Origin: Lama glama
Taxonomy: Eukaryota
Reading direction: 5' to 3'
DNA: 64,000 bases
Assembly: GCA_028534125.1 (NCBI GenBank)
Contig: CM052816.1
Span: forward strand, 88,290,001-88,354,000
The notes below the pieces were generated by a model. That model did not search any database. It was not told where the DNA came from and worked only from the letters and a program-made list of their open reading frames with translations. The stretch's first letter is position 1, and each line of letters starts with the position of its first letter. The translations under genes were made by a program, and so were the position numbers. Positions 1 through 13,029 of this stretch are shown in pieces.

Positions 1-469
1 CTTCATTTCCAGTAGAAAGGAGAAACACAAAACGTGAAACAAGTTAGTTGTACAACCTATTAGGAGATAATTCGTGTTACAGGGAAAAAAAAAGTGAGGA
101 GGGGTTTGCGAAATTCCCAAATGTAGTCAAGGATAGTGAAATTACAAGGAGGAAGGAGTGCGCTCACTCCAATATGGCGGATGAAGAATGGTGTTCTAGG
201 CAGGGGGACGTGCAAATGCTTAGAGATGGGAGTGAGATGCACTTATTTGGAGAGACAGTTGGCCAAAATGGCTCATGCGGAGGAGACATGGCAAGAGATT
301 AGTTCAGGGAATTAGGAGTGGGGAGTCTGATTATTTTGAGCTCTGTATTCTCTAATTCAAAGGACTTTACATTAAATCCTAGTGGGAAGTCACGGGAGGT
401 TTGGGTAGGGACTTGAAAGGATGACACTGATGTAGCTAATTAATTGTATGTTAAAAAATTTACAAGAAA

Positions 470-1030
470 TACAAAAAATTTTCACAATGCTTTGGAAAGT
501 GTTAAAGAATGACCCTGAAAGTCTTTACAGCCAACTTATCTTACTGGCAATGCAAAAAAAAAAAAAAAAAAAAAAAGGATTTAGACAAAAAATCATGTAT
601 CATCAAGGAAGCACTTGATCTTTCTTCCGCAGTGAAAAGCAGAAATCTCTAGGAAACTATATGGCAATAGAGTAAAATGCAATTCTTTCTCAGCGAAGAC
701 TGCTTTAAAAATAATTGAAAATATTGCTGCAACTTTAAAGGGAAGAGCATTAGAACAAGTTAGACTGTGTGGCAGGTTTGCTACACAGCAGATGAGAGTA
801 CAGATATTTCTAAGATGAATCAGCCTAAGGTATTTGCTGGATTCTCCTTCAATAATCAAACAAAATGAAGGGCTGCTTTTTCTATGAGGCACTAAAAGAA
901 AGATGTATCAGAGGCATCTCTAAGCTCAATAGTAGATGACTTCTTCAATAAAAACTGTGTTTTAGGAGAAAATTGTATACATATAACCTCTCATGGAGTA
1001 GCTACGTGGCATGAATTTTTAAAAGGAATG
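470..1030 (+). mobile_element. hAT-Charlie transposase fossil (ZBED5/SCAND3/FAM200-like region)
   Basis: Frameshifted translation DKKSCIIKEALDLSSAVK...IENIAATLK..LEQVRLCGRFATQ/DESTDISKMNQPKVF/EGLLF/VDDFFNKNCVLGENCIHITSHG matches the Charlie motifs KKPHTIGE.LI.PA, FA.QLDESTD and CxxxxTDG. Confidence 0.8.
554..576 (+). repeat. A23 homopolymer
   Basis: Seen directly; lies inside the Charlie fossil. Confidence 0.95.
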
Positions 1031-1870
1031 ATGTAATGAACAAATATCATATGTGATCAGAATCTATTACTTTCCTACTTAGTGCTAGAGACCGTCTATG
1101 CATTTTGAGTTGAAATAAACAGGTCTAAATGGCTTTTTATGTAACAAGATTCATGCTTGGGGTAACGTCCTCTAAGCAGACATTATATCCAGGTTTAACA
1201 AAGAACTTCTTTTATGTTATCCGATGGGTTTTACTTATCAGACCACGCTTTATAAAATGTTAAAATAAAAGCACTGTCACCATGCCCTGAGGGTCAGTAA
1301 TTCTGAATTAGTAGGACAAATTGAGGGCTAATATTAAAGAGCTAAGAATATTCTGATGAACAACCTACACTTCTCATTTTCTGAGATACAGCTGGTAACA
1401 GTATCATTTTCCTTTTTTGCTACAAAAGTATGCTTTAGACGTATAGTTAAAGACAACGTGTGACTACTTTGAATGGTTTTAAAACCATTTCATAGCACTC
1501 AGCAACTGGATAAGAGGATCTAAAATTCCTTTACTAACATTCAAACATATTGTTAACATGCTTGCACGTGTAAATGCATACACGTTCGAGTGGTCATTTG
1601 AAATCTTCCTTTCAAAATAGGTATAACATGAGCTATCCTGCAGTCTGAGTTTTTAACCCTTCATCAATAAACACGACCTTTCTTTTTACTATTATAATCT
1701 GAGCCTGATTTACTTTTTCCCTTTCTTCTTTTTTTCCTCCTCCTATCTTTCTTTCCTTCCCATTCTTTTTCCTTTACTCATTCCTTATATGCCTCCTGTT
1801 TTTTTTTTAACTTGCTGTCATCCAGGATTTTTTTGTAATCAAAAACATCTGATTGTAAATTATTTTTGAG

Positions 1871-2330
1871 TGTGGTAGGCTGAATGAATAGTTCCCCTTG
1901 ACCCAATCCTGCAAAAGACAATGGCCACCCCTGAAACCAGTTACAATGGTTTCCTTAAATGCTAGAAAGGTCTTTACAGATGTGATTGAGGTAGGGTCAG
2001 GAGACGGGAGGGTTATCCTGATTATGGACATAGACCCCACGTAGTCATGAGGGAAGAAGGAAGAGGGAAGCAAGATGATCAAGTCAGAAAGAAAGATATG
2101 AGATGACACAGCAGAGGTTAGAGGACAGGAGGCAGGGTCACCAGACAAAGAATGCAGGCGGCCTCTGGAAGCTGGAAAAGGCAAGGAAACAGACTCCCTC
2201 CTAGACCCGCCAGCGGGAGCCCAGCCTTGATGCTAGGACTGTGACCTCCAGCATTACAGAGAAATAGTTTGTGCTGTTTTAAGCTACAAAATTAGTGGTA
2301 ACGTTCCAACAGTAATAGGAAACTAATACA
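1871..2330 (+). mobile_element. MaLR solo LTR, MLT1D-like
   Basis: TGTGGTAGGC...AATAGGAAACTAATACA termini; internal gcctctggaagctggaaaaggcaaggaaac. Confidence 0.85.
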
Positions 2331-2850
2331 GACAGTGACGTTTGCAAGTGCGTGAAAGTTTGAGACCCTAGTAATATCAGGACCTGTTAAATTCGGTATC
2401 ACTGGAGCATTGAACGCATGCAGGAAAATAACCAGGAATTAGGTCTACTCTGTACCTTTTTTTGATCTGGCTAGGTGCTCCCACTTTGGGCTCTCAGGCA
2501 GAATTTTCACTCCTTTATTCTATTTAACTGTTTATTTTTATGTCTCCTCTGACTTTCTGTAAAGCCAGGGTGGAAGATCAGTGCCGATTTACTCACTGTT
2601 TCATCACCCATCTGGCACAAGGCATCAGTTAAGATTACTGTAATGATTGAAATGACTTGTAATTGATTTGATGGGGTCGGCGTATTTATAGTGTATGTCA
2701 GACGTACACAGAAGTGTGCTATTTCCTATAATAGTTACCGTTTCTCAATGATAGTGAATACATTTGCTCTCAACAATGAAAATTTTCTTAGAAATACTTA
2801 GTTTAAAAGAATCTAGGTTATAAATTATTTGATATTTTATGGTTTCTTAC

Positions 2851-4691
2851 TTCTCAAGAGTCCTTTTCTGATCCACCTTCCCAAAATGGCACTGGGTCTC
2901 TGGTTTCCTCAAGTCACTGGGGAAGGGCCATGCTGTGTTTCACACTGTCCCCTCTAGGTGATCACAGCGAAGTGTTTGACTCTCATAACACAGGAAGCCT
3001 GTTTGCTCCTCCTAAAACCTCATGGTTTCCTCGTGGTGACTCACCGCGACTGTTGTGAGTGCCACTCTGCTTCCACAGACCAGTGGTGGCCCGTCTGTCC
3101 ACGTGGCATCAACGCACCCCACCCCTTCCATTCAGCATCCTCAGTTCTACTACTTTTGCCTCACGGGGGCACTTGGGAAAGTTTTGATCATTTGAACATT
3201 GTGTGTTGTCTGAGGAGAAGCAAGGGAACTACTTCAGGACCATCTTTGTAAGTAATTTCCTCAGCATCAACCTTCTTATCTTCAGGCGTCACATTTGACT
3301 TAACATTAGGGCAACTGCAGGATTCTCTGAGACACAGTCTTTCAGCATCGCGAGGATGGGAAAGAGACATCGACCTCCTAGACTTAAAACGAACTGTCTT
3401 TCAACCTAACCCTCGTCTAGATCCAGGAATAAAGACAGGATTCACATCTACATTTTTGCCTTTTATTTTTTTCTACTNNNNNNNNNNNNNNNNNNNNNNN
3501 NNNNNNNNNNNNNNNNNNNNNNNNNNNNNNNNNNNNNNNNNNNNNNNNNNNNNNNNNNNNNNNNNNNNNNNNNNNNNNNNNNNNNNNNNNNNNNNNNNNN
3601 NNNNNNNNNNNNNNNNNNNNNNNNNNNNNNNNNNNNNNNNNNNNNNNNNNNNNNNNNNNNNNNNNNNNNNNNNNNNNNNNNNNNNNNNNNNNNNNNNNNN
3701 NNNNNNNNNNNNNNNNNNNNNNNNNNNNNNNNNNNNNNNNNNNNNNNNNNNNNNNNNNNNNNNNNNNNNNNNNNNNNNNNNNNNNNNNNNNNNNNNNNNN
3801 NNNNNNNNNNNNNNNNNNNNNNNNNNNNNNNNNNNNNNNNNNNNNNNNNNNNNNNNNNNNNNNNNNNNNNNNNNNNNNNNNNNNNNNNNNNNNNNNNNNN
3901 NNNNNNNNNNNNNNNNNNNNNNNNNNNNNNNNNNNNNNNNNNNNNNNNNNNNNNNNNNNNNNNNNNNNNNNNNNNNNGTGCTGAGCCCTTTCACTGTTAC
4001 TTGAAGAAAGTTTTCTAAATCGCATTATGCATACACAACAGCCTTGCTGTGCATGGATTCTATTCTGCCTCACGTCTGAGGCCTCATCTGAATGTTGTAA
4101 AGAGGAACCAGAAATGACCAGTGGCCAATTCATCTCCATATCCCGTCTCTGCAGGTGATATCAGGGGAATCTTTTCTGGTCTATTTAATAACCTCCCTGG
4201 AACAATCTCGTTGTTTAGGGGCACATTCATCCTTGTGTAATTTGCCTTAAATATTATGAATTAATCGTCCAAAATTGTACATGGCTATCATTGACTTTGC
4301 TAGATTGACCATGTCTGGAATGATTTTCATGTGTGTATTATTCTGTCAGCTTAGCAGAGGTTTTGTAGCCCTTCAATGCTATAATCTGCTGAAATACTGC
4401 CAGTCTTAAAAAAAAATTATAGGACTTCCCAACTTATTTATCAATCTACATATTTATACAATTGCTATTGAATTCCAATTTTTTTCTACTTGAAATTAAA
4501 CATTTAGCCAGTGGTCCTACGAGGACCCTTATTCATTTCTTAATATCTTTACAGTCCAGGTTACCATGGGACTAACCTCTTTGAGCTGAGGTGTCCCTGA
4601 AAGCAGCTCATTCTAGATTCACTCTCCTGGGATGCTGCTGAGCATCAGCAGGTAGAGAATTAACAATATGTTCCTCATCTTTTTCGAACAT
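2851..4691 (-). pseudogene. Large decayed C-terminal exon (spans the N gap)
   Basis: ttttagtttttcatag acceptor. Reads MFEKDEEHIVNSLPADAQQHPRRVNLE*..., and after the gap ...SRRSMSLSHPRDAERLCLRESCSCPNVKSNVTPEDKKVDAEE. Possible donor AA|gtaaga at 2850. Confidence 0.5.
3478..3977. other. 500-N gap
   Basis: Exactly 500 N. Confidence 0.99.
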
Positions 4692-4792
4692 CTATGAAAA
4701 ACTAAAATAGAAAAATAATTAAAACAAAGCAGTCTGTCTTTGATTAACCTAATTCAGTGAGTTCAATCGTAATATTTTAGATTGAAACTTAC

Positions 4793-4918
4793 ACTCGACA
4801 AAATTTTGTTAAACATTTTCTTGGGTATTCCAGCAGGAAATTGATTCTGCCAGATAATCATTAACAGGAGATACAGAGAAAGAAGCCTTTCTCAGTTGAA
4901 TATATCTCAAAGACTGTG
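4793..4918 (-). pseudogene. 126-nt exon
   Basis: cttttattattatttag|...|gtaagt. Ends QNQFPAGIPKKMFNKILSS in phase 0 with the next exon across a 101-nt intron. Confidence 0.6.
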
Positions 4919-5364
4919 CTAAATAATAATAAAAAGATATGATTTTATATTTTAAGCGTTTCAGGTGGTTTTGGCTTTTGTTTTTTGTTTTTCTTTTCTT
5001 TTCCACATATAAGGTAACATTCACAGTTTCCAGGGATTAGGATCTGGACATATTTGGGACAGTTAGATAGACAGACAGACAGAGTTATATATCTCTCTAT
5101 GTATATATGTCTCCAATTTGCCACAAGAGGTAAACAAGTGTTGCAATAATGAAAAATCAGTTCAGTAATAAGAAATGCACATGTTATTATGGGAGCATAT
5201 AGATGGGTAACCTAAAACAGAGGCAAGAAAAAGTATTTTCTTTTTGTTTGTTATAATTCACCATTAAATTGTTTGTCTTCTGTTCTTACTATCTAGACGC
5301 CCAGAGTTGCACATCCTCGGTTGTGGTGTTTCTGCACATCCTTCATGAATGAGGCTCTACTTAC

Positions 5365-5510
5365 TGGCTCCTGGATGTGTTTGTCGAAGTTAAAATGACT
5401 TCCTGGCTGCTGGGCTGTTTGCTTGCCAGACCAGCTACTGCCACTCCCTTAGATCAGATCCTCACTCTTTTGTATTCTTTTACAACGTCCTTGTATGATT
5501 TTTCGTGCTA
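5365..5510 (-). pseudogene. 146-nt exon candidate
   Basis: catttcttacag|...CA|gtaagt. Reads e.g. EKSYKDVVKEYKRVRI*SKGVAVAGLASKQPSSQEV. Confidence 0.5.
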
Positions 5511-5894
5511 CTGTAAGAAATGTCTCCATTTCATTGTATCAGTTCAAATTGTATTCAACCCCGATTGCCTAAGGATGATATGCAGTCTACCTGTAACAGG
5601 CTTTGCTCCATCTGACTGTGACTTAAACTACCACACTTTGCATCATTATTTATCCTAGAATCTAGTGCAACTTAACTCATTTCTATTTTTATAGAACTTT
5701 TCCATTTTTTTGTTCATATTATTGTTGTCTATAGTTGTCTGTTTTTAAAAGTCCAGTCTAAATGCCTGTCTCCCTTCTTGGAGTTTCTTAAATACGTATC
5801 TCTCTTAGTGTACTTTCTACACCTATTATTGTTGTTGTTGGAATTATTATTATTAATGCCAGTTTTCCATCACTTTAAGTGGTATATATTCTTT

Positions 5895-6565
5895 GTTTTC
5901 TCCAGCTTTACTGAAATACAATTCATGATGACACTCATAAGTTTAAGGTATAGGACATGTTGACTGGACACACTTGTGTGTTACAAAATGATTACCATCC
6001 TGATGTTAGCTAACATCTCTTTTTGTCACATAATTGCCGTTTGTTTTTTAAATGAGGAGAGCACTTAAGATCTGTTCTCTTAGCAACTTTCAAGTATACA
6101 TTATAGTATTATTAATTACAGTCACAATTGCTGTGTATTGGATCTTCAAAGCTTATCCATTTTATAACGAAGTTTGTACCCTTTGACAAATATCTCATTT
6201 CCTATACCCTACAGCCCCTGGTAACCACCATTCTACTCTCTGTTTCTATGAGTTCAGCTTTTTAGATTCCATATGTAAGTGAGATATATAGTATTAATCT
6301 ATTTCTGTCATTTATTTCACTTAGCAAAATGCCCTCAAGTTTCACTCATATTGTCACAAATGGTAGCATTTCCTTCTTTCTCATGTCTGTATCATTCTCC
6401 GTTGTATACAAATATATCACCTCTTCTTTACCCATTCATCTATTAATGAGCACTTAGGTTGCTCTAATATGTTGGCTCTTGTAAACAATGCTGCAATGAA
6501 CATGGGAGTGCAAATAGCTCTTTAAGGTCATGATTTAATTTCCTTTGGACATATACTCAGAGGTA
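5895..6565 (-). mobile_element. L1 3' end, L1MA9-like
   Basis: Antisense L1 3' UTR and ORF2 end (cttagcaactttcaagtatac, aatgctgcaatgaacatgggagtgca). Confidence 0.85.
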
Positions 6566-6567
6566 GA

Positions 6568-7133
6568 GGACAGTTTGGAGGTTTCTCAAAAAACTAAAAT
6601 TAGAACTACCATATGACCCAGCAATTCCACTCCTAGGTATGTATCTGAGAAAAACAAAAACACTAATTTGAAAAGAACACCCCAATGTTCATAGTAGCAT
6701 TGTTTACAATTGCCAAGATAATGGAAAAAACCTAAATGTCCATCAACAGATGAATGGATAAAGATGTATCTATATACAATGGAATACTACTCAGCCATAA
6801 AAAAGAATGAAATTTTGCCATTTGTAGCAACATGGATGAACTTGGAGGGCATTATGCTAAGTGAAATCAGTCAGCTAGAGAAAGACAAATACTGTACAAT
6901 ATCATGATATCACTTATATGTGGAATTTAAAAAATACAACAAACTAGTGAATATAACAAAAAGAAGCAGACTCACAGATATAGAAGACAAATGAGTGGTT
7001 ACCAGGATGGGTGAGGGGAGTGGGAGGTACAAACTATGGGGTGCAAAATAGGCTACAAGGATGTATTGTACAACATGGGGAATATAAATAATATTTTGTA
7101 ATAACTAAAAATTGCATAAAAATAAAAAATTAA
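6568..7133 (+). mobile_element. L1 3' end (younger, cetartiodactyl type)
   Basis: catatgacccagcaattccactcctagg...tactactcagccataaaaaagaatgaaa...A-rich tail. Confidence 0.9.
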
Positions 7134-8141
7134 GCATTTCAAATGCATTATGGGAATAAAATAGGTATCTCTTCCAGACTATGAAACATGTTAAATGGAG
7201 TTGATATTTTACAAATTTCAGTTAGAAAGGATAATTCTTCAGTCTTGTGGAATTACTCTGATAGGAATGAATCTATAATATACATTATGATTGATTTTAA
7301 TGTTCCCAATATGCTAAATTGAATCTGCAAACATTTTTTATGTCTTCTGCTTATTATAGCCTTTGCACACACACCACACACACACTAACTCATTTACACA
7401 TACATGTGTACACAGTATGTATGCTTTATCAGTGTTCTCGTAAGTAGTGTATCTCTCGATCTTCAGAGTAAGCCTCTTAGATAAATAGGAATTATAAATG
7501 GGATAGAAAAGCTAAATTGTCTCAATATATTTCTTGCATCTGAACACTTAATAGACAGGGAAAATGCAACAAAATAGTTTAAGATGAGAAAGTGTGACAA
7601 AATAATAGGTATATCATTATATGAATTATAATTTACTACTTTATGAACATAAAGTAATCTATACCTTATAAAATATATTTGTACACATTCAATCACCACC
7701 TGAATAGCATGTGCAAATAAAAGAAGCAAGAAAATAATTCACATTCAGTAAACTGATGTTAAAAGGAAAATTTAAAACCTCTTTAGGGAAACAAATGACT
7801 TAAAATACCAGCAGACATAAACAGGCAGATCAGAGCTACAAATAAATCAAGTTGTCTAATATCCATTGGTTGCCAGGAGTTGAGTGAGTATATATAATTA
7901 GTAATTTAGGAAAAAAAGTTCATCAGCTGAGGACATTCTGATTATATCCAAACACAATCAGGCTTGATGAAGTATAAACAGTTGGATCATAAGGGGCAAA
8001 ATAAATATACGTAAATCTGTTTTCATAAGGAAGCAAACTTAATTATAGCTATTAAATCTCTGGGTTATAGGACCAAACAAGGTGATGCCAGCTGATTAGT
8101 TCTAGAAGTTCTAGTACCTCTGTCACCAAGAGTCCACTTAC

Positions 8142-8214
8142 AGTGAGGGACTGGCTGTTTTGTCTGCATGATAAATGACATGTCACAACTGACCTTGACA
8201 CATCTCTGATAAAT
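8142..8214 (-). pseudogene. 73-nt exon candidate
   Basis: aaacctgtttag|...CT|gtaagt. Confidence 0.45.
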
Positions 8215-9696
8215 CTAAACAGGTTTAATATTTAAGAAATTGGGTAGATTCAAAAAAGGACAAAGGACCAACAATAATATCTATGGAGAACACATCAGAA
8301 ACTCTAAAGTTATTGTTATGAGAAAAAAAGCCATAAAAGGATGCATTTTTTTTTCAGTAATTGGCAAGAGATGATCTATGATTTAAAAAAAAATGTTTGG
8401 GAAATAAAACATGAAGACTTGAGGCCATAGTTCAAAGCAGACAGAACCAAAGAGAAAGCTAAACTATTCTGTGTAATCAATTGACAGGAACTTGGGGGCA
8501 CAAAGTACAGCAGTGTATCAGGGGATGCAGCTGAACTTAAAGAACAAGTAAGAGACTGTTAGTAGCAGAAAAACAAAGGAAATTCAAACATATGATTTAA
8601 AAAATTTTGCACTGCTTTAGGCAAAGCTCTCCTATTGCTCCAAACTTTAATTCTTATTTGACATGTATATTAATGTCATGAGTTATGGTAATATAGTAGT
8701 AATAATAATATAAATAATAATAATAATGGAGTGAATAAAAATTTAGCTGGTCTGGCAGGTAAAGAAGGATAGGAAGTGGGTGCAACTACCTAGCTCTACC
8801 TGGATATATATGACTGTTTTAAAAATATTTTTTAAATACGTGGCTATATTTTCCCATAATACTTGATCATTCCTTTATAATGCTCTACTTTAAGGAATTG
8901 CATGGATATCACCCAAGGCAGAAAGTCATGTTAGACTCTTCCCTTTTCCTTATGTGTCTATCCTCTAAGTCATAATCCACAGTTATATTTTCTAACAATT
9001 TCTTACACTTCTGCCCTTTTGCTTCCTCCATAATATTTCTGTTCTAATTAAGTATTTTGTCATATCTGCATGGATTAATAAAGCATTTTTATAAACTGTT
9101 TCTACATGGTCTTCTCAAATCCACCCTTCACACCACTGCCAAGTCTTGAGTAGAAACTGACCAATACATCCTTCTGCTTAGAACTCTAGGAACTAGTCAC
9201 TTACAACTGTACTTTTTATACTGAACTAGGGTGTACTACCAGTTGAGTAAAAGGGGGATAAATGTCGATCCAGGCAAATGTTTCATTTTTCTTTGGGTTT
9301 CAGAATTAATATATGTGATACGTTTTTAGGTTTTGATTTGGGGTCACATTTTAGGTCATGTGAATGTTCAGTCAGTAAAAAGGTAAATTTGGAACAATTT
9401 CTTTCTCATGATTATTTTGTCCACAAAACTCCTTCTTCCCATTTTTTACTATCTTAGGGATTTGTGCTTAAAGGAACATTGTAGAAATATGCCCTGGTCC
9501 AGAGTATAAATTTGGTTACTTAGAATGACACAAATACCATAATCTTGCCTTTGGCTAAAAATCTAATTACATCTCCCTTTACTCGTGACCTTCTAATTTA
9601 TGCTCTATTAATAAAACCTGTTTTTAATTCTCTGCAAAAAAAAATGTTGTTTCATAAACTCTAGACTCCTTCTTCTCCCCCTTTTCTCTTATTAGA

Positions 9697-9910
9697 CTAG
9701 CCCAGGACTGACTGAACTTTCTGCAGTGAAAGAACTCGTTTATATCTGCCCAATCCAACATGGTGGTCATGAGCTACACGTGGCTACTGAGCTGGTGGAG
9801 TGTGGACAAATATCTCTGAGACTGAGATTTTAATTTTTTTAATTAGCTAATGTAAATATAAGTTAAAATAGTCACATGTGTCTAGTGTCCTTAGTAGATG
9901 GTGCAGTTCA
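9697..9910 (+). mobile_element. MER3-like hAT-Charlie MITE
   Basis: aactttctgcagtga...ctacacgtggctactgag...aaaatagtcacatgtgtctagtg palindromic core. Confidence 0.7.
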
Positions 9911-9919
9911 AGCTATTTC

Positions 9920-10253
9920 TTTAAGGCTGCTGTTAGCGATACAGTCTCTCCTGATAACTTCCACCAGTTTCCAAGCTTAAGATGACCTTTCTCTCTTCTG
10001 TTTTCTCTTTCTTCAGTGTGTCTGGCCACTTCCTTCAGCATTCTGTTTCACCCTCCAGTCTTTGTCATTATTTTTATTCTTTTGAAATTCTTTGAAAAGT
10101 TTTAATTCTCAGCATTCTTCACCCTTAAGTTCTTTAGATTTCGGCCTGATGGAAATGGAGTGCCTTCTCAGCCAAGACTCTGATGACTTTGACGGGGGAT
10201 ATAAAGATGATCAGTGATGCCCACTCTGTGGTCCCTGGCACTGGTCTACTTAT
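9920..10253 (-). pseudogene. Possible low-complexity exon
   Basis: tactttcctcacattcacag acceptor followed by purine-rich, K/E/R-rich sequence. No clear donor; it ends at MER3. Confidence 0.3.
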
Positions 10254-10819
10254 CTGTGAATGTGAGGAAAGTATTTTAACCTCTCCTTGAAAAACCATCT
10301 CAACAACAACAAAATATTTTTCCTGTACAATACACCCTATTTTCAATTGGACCGTCTTATTTTTAAAAAATCCCCTAGAATTATTACGATTAGTAGTACT
10401 TGATCATTTAGCAGCTTGACGTACTTTGAATGAGTCAGTTTTTTAATCCCAGAAGCTCTGTCTTAGCATAGGAGAGAGCTGGTATCTCTGGTGCTTAAAC
10501 TCCTTGTTGAAAGAAGGATGTGGGAACAATGGAGTGAGTGCTTAAAAGGGAGGGTGAGTTTTCTCCTTCCACTGGAAATAAAGGCAATGCTACTTTAGAA
10601 AGAAGTGCAAATAGACTCAGAAACAGTGATTGGTATTAAAGTCAGACAGAAATCTAGTTCCTGAAGGCAAAAGTGAAAGGGTATTTGATTCTTATGCTCG
10701 TATGTTGAGTATAGGGAAGAATATGTGGCCATTATAGTATTTTATGAATTGAAAGCAAAGAGAGAAAAATAAAGTTTCTAAACTGATAGAAGAAAATCAT
10801 TGTGTAACACCTTACACAA

Positions 10820-10945
10820 AATAACACTTACCAATATTTGAAATGTCACTTTTTGCTTTCTTGTTTGTCTTCTTTGCAAACCTGTAAGTACCACGAGGAG
10901 AGCATTTTTCTCCTGTTACCTTCTATGTAACCTAGATTTGCTTTA
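10820..10945 (+). mobile_element. L2 3' remnant
   Basis: ttgtttgtct...tgtaagtaccacgaggagagca resembles the L2 3' motif tgtaagctccatgagggcagg. Confidence 0.45.
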
Positions 10946-11793
10946 CCCTATAAACAAAGAGTGAGCTCCCATCTTCAGTGCCTCAGTGTCCAGAAAAGCA
11001 CTGTTTATGAATGAGTAACTCCTTAGAACTAGGTAATTAAAAAAAAAAACACTCAAACTCTACTAACCTATAATAATTATTAGCAGAATTAATAGAAGTA
11101 TAATATTTAAAGGATATTTTAATCTAAAGATAGATTCTTGGTTTTAAAAATAAATCATGCAAGTACGACAAATTTAAAGATATTGTATTTCTGATACACA
11201 CAAGAAAAAAAATCTATGCTTGAATGTGAACTTTCTGGAAATTGAAGAAAATTGTATCAATATAGATACATGAAAATCATTGTATAATGGCTCAATAACT
11301 GTACTGTACCTCCAATAATGAAAATGGAAATGTACTTGTTGGGGAAAAAAAAAGGAAGGCAGGAGCTAAGTCCAAATATCCATGGACTGAGAATAAATAG
11401 AAGGACTGAAGCAAAGTAAATACTCTATCAAAGACTTTTAAGTCAGTGACAGAAATAACGATTGCCAACTAGACTTAGAAAAGAGTCCTTTCCCAGCTGT
11501 GCTGTCAAATGGTCTTATGGTCTCAGTAAACCACCTTATCTTTCACACCTAAGTACATGTTCTCCTCTTTAAAAATGTATAATTTATCATGTTGATGCGC
11601 TGTTTTGTTTTGGCTTCTCACTCTCATGAGGAGTGGCAAATTGAAGTCATTTTAGTTTTATGAAAATTTGCTCAAATTCTATCAGAAACTCTGAATTCTA
11701 ACTTTACTTCTGCTCCTATATGACCTTTAAGCATCTCTTAATCCTTTCCAAAATTTCCTCTCATTTAGAATCTTATCTATTATCCCTGCTCAC

Positions 11794-12254
11794 ACTTAAA
11801 GTCAGTGATTTATAGGCAACAGTCTGATTCTGAAGCACACAGGGCTGGTGAGGATTCTGTGATGTCACGAAACATCTTTTTACGAGAACATCATCTTCAT
11901 GGTAGAACTATCTGAAGAAAGAAATAAATAATGCAGAACACTGACGTGCCTGCTGTAAAGTGATCCATAAAATTGCTTTTGCTCTTTCACTATCTGATGA
12001 GGACAACGCATCACAACCCATTTAGTAAAAGGTATCTGATATTGAGGAAATTCAGCTCTGGGAAAGATCATATGTTTCCCAGGAATCACCTCAGAAATAT
12101 CGACTTCCCTTTCCACATTCTACTGGAGCTTAATCAGGAGTTTGCAGCAGCTGAGGACTCCAATGTTCTGATATTGCTTATTATCTAAAAGCTTCATCTC
12201 TATCCACTGGCGTTTCAGTAGATTAAGTCTTAATGATATGAATTGTATTAAGTT
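11794..12254 (-). pseudogene. Exon: second KEN-like domain
   Basis: ttcatatcctttaag|...|gtgagc. Reads EHWSPQL/CKLLIKLQ*NVEREVDISEVIPG...PFTKWVVMRCPHQIVKEQKQFYGSLYSR/ALFISFFR*FYHEDDVLVK/MFRDITESSPALC, collinear with IRE1/RNase L KEN (WSLEKQLQFF..RIEKES; SFDKW...KFY; DLLKFIRN..H; YF...FP.L). Confidence 0.65.
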
Positions 12255-13029
12255 CTTAAAGGATATGAAATTTTGAAGAGTCATTTCAGTGTCAAATTAA
12301 TTGCTCTTTCAAATCTCATGCATTTCCAGGCAATTAAATTTAATTTTTAAAGATCTGTTTCCTTGGTCAATTTATATGTGATGTGAAAATCTTTCTAAAT
12401 TGAATTTCAAGTTTAGTTTTATTTTTAAGCACAATAGGTAAGAAATAGTTTATTCTGAGAATAAATAAAGTGGAAAATAAATTTTCTTAGAATTCCTACC
12501 TGACATATTTACTCTAAAATGAAGAAACTGCACATGTACTTACTGGTGATAGAAAAATTATCTTTGTTTTATCTTCTATTCCACAAAATATTATGATGGT
12601 AATATTTTTTTTGCCTGTTCTCAGCATAAGAGTTTATAAACAGAATATGATTACTATAATTTTCTGGGCATTCTTATAACCTCATTTTTAAATTCTGTCT
12701 GCTCAAGCAGTCTATGCAATGGAAAAATCCAGTAATTACTACTGTGTCATTAATTATTACTTGCTGGCCTAAGGATAGGAACTAAGAGCCTGAAATTTCT
12801 TGGCTTAGGTTAAATACTTTAGGGACTGATTTAGTCTGCTCCCTTACATAAGGGGCCGCTATACTAGTAAAAGATTCTAGGAAAAAGTTGGTACTGTACT
12901 GGAAGAGTACACCAAACCAGCCTCATGGCTATCAAAAACATATTGAACAATAAGCAAGGTAGACAAAAGGTACATATGTATATAAACACAGATACAGATC
13001 AGGGGTTCTTCATATTTAATATTTATATT

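Noticed and set aside
3417..4139. Long ORFs of 173-240 aa in the ORF track
   Set aside because: Artefacts of translating through the 500-N gap.
2851..4691. Identification as RAD51AP2 or another named gene
   Set aside because: Only vague compositional similarity; the upstream domains do not fit.
10832..10947. Minus-strand exon with good AG and gtaagt signals
   Set aside because: The sequence resembles an L2 3' remnant, so the splice signals are probably coincidental.
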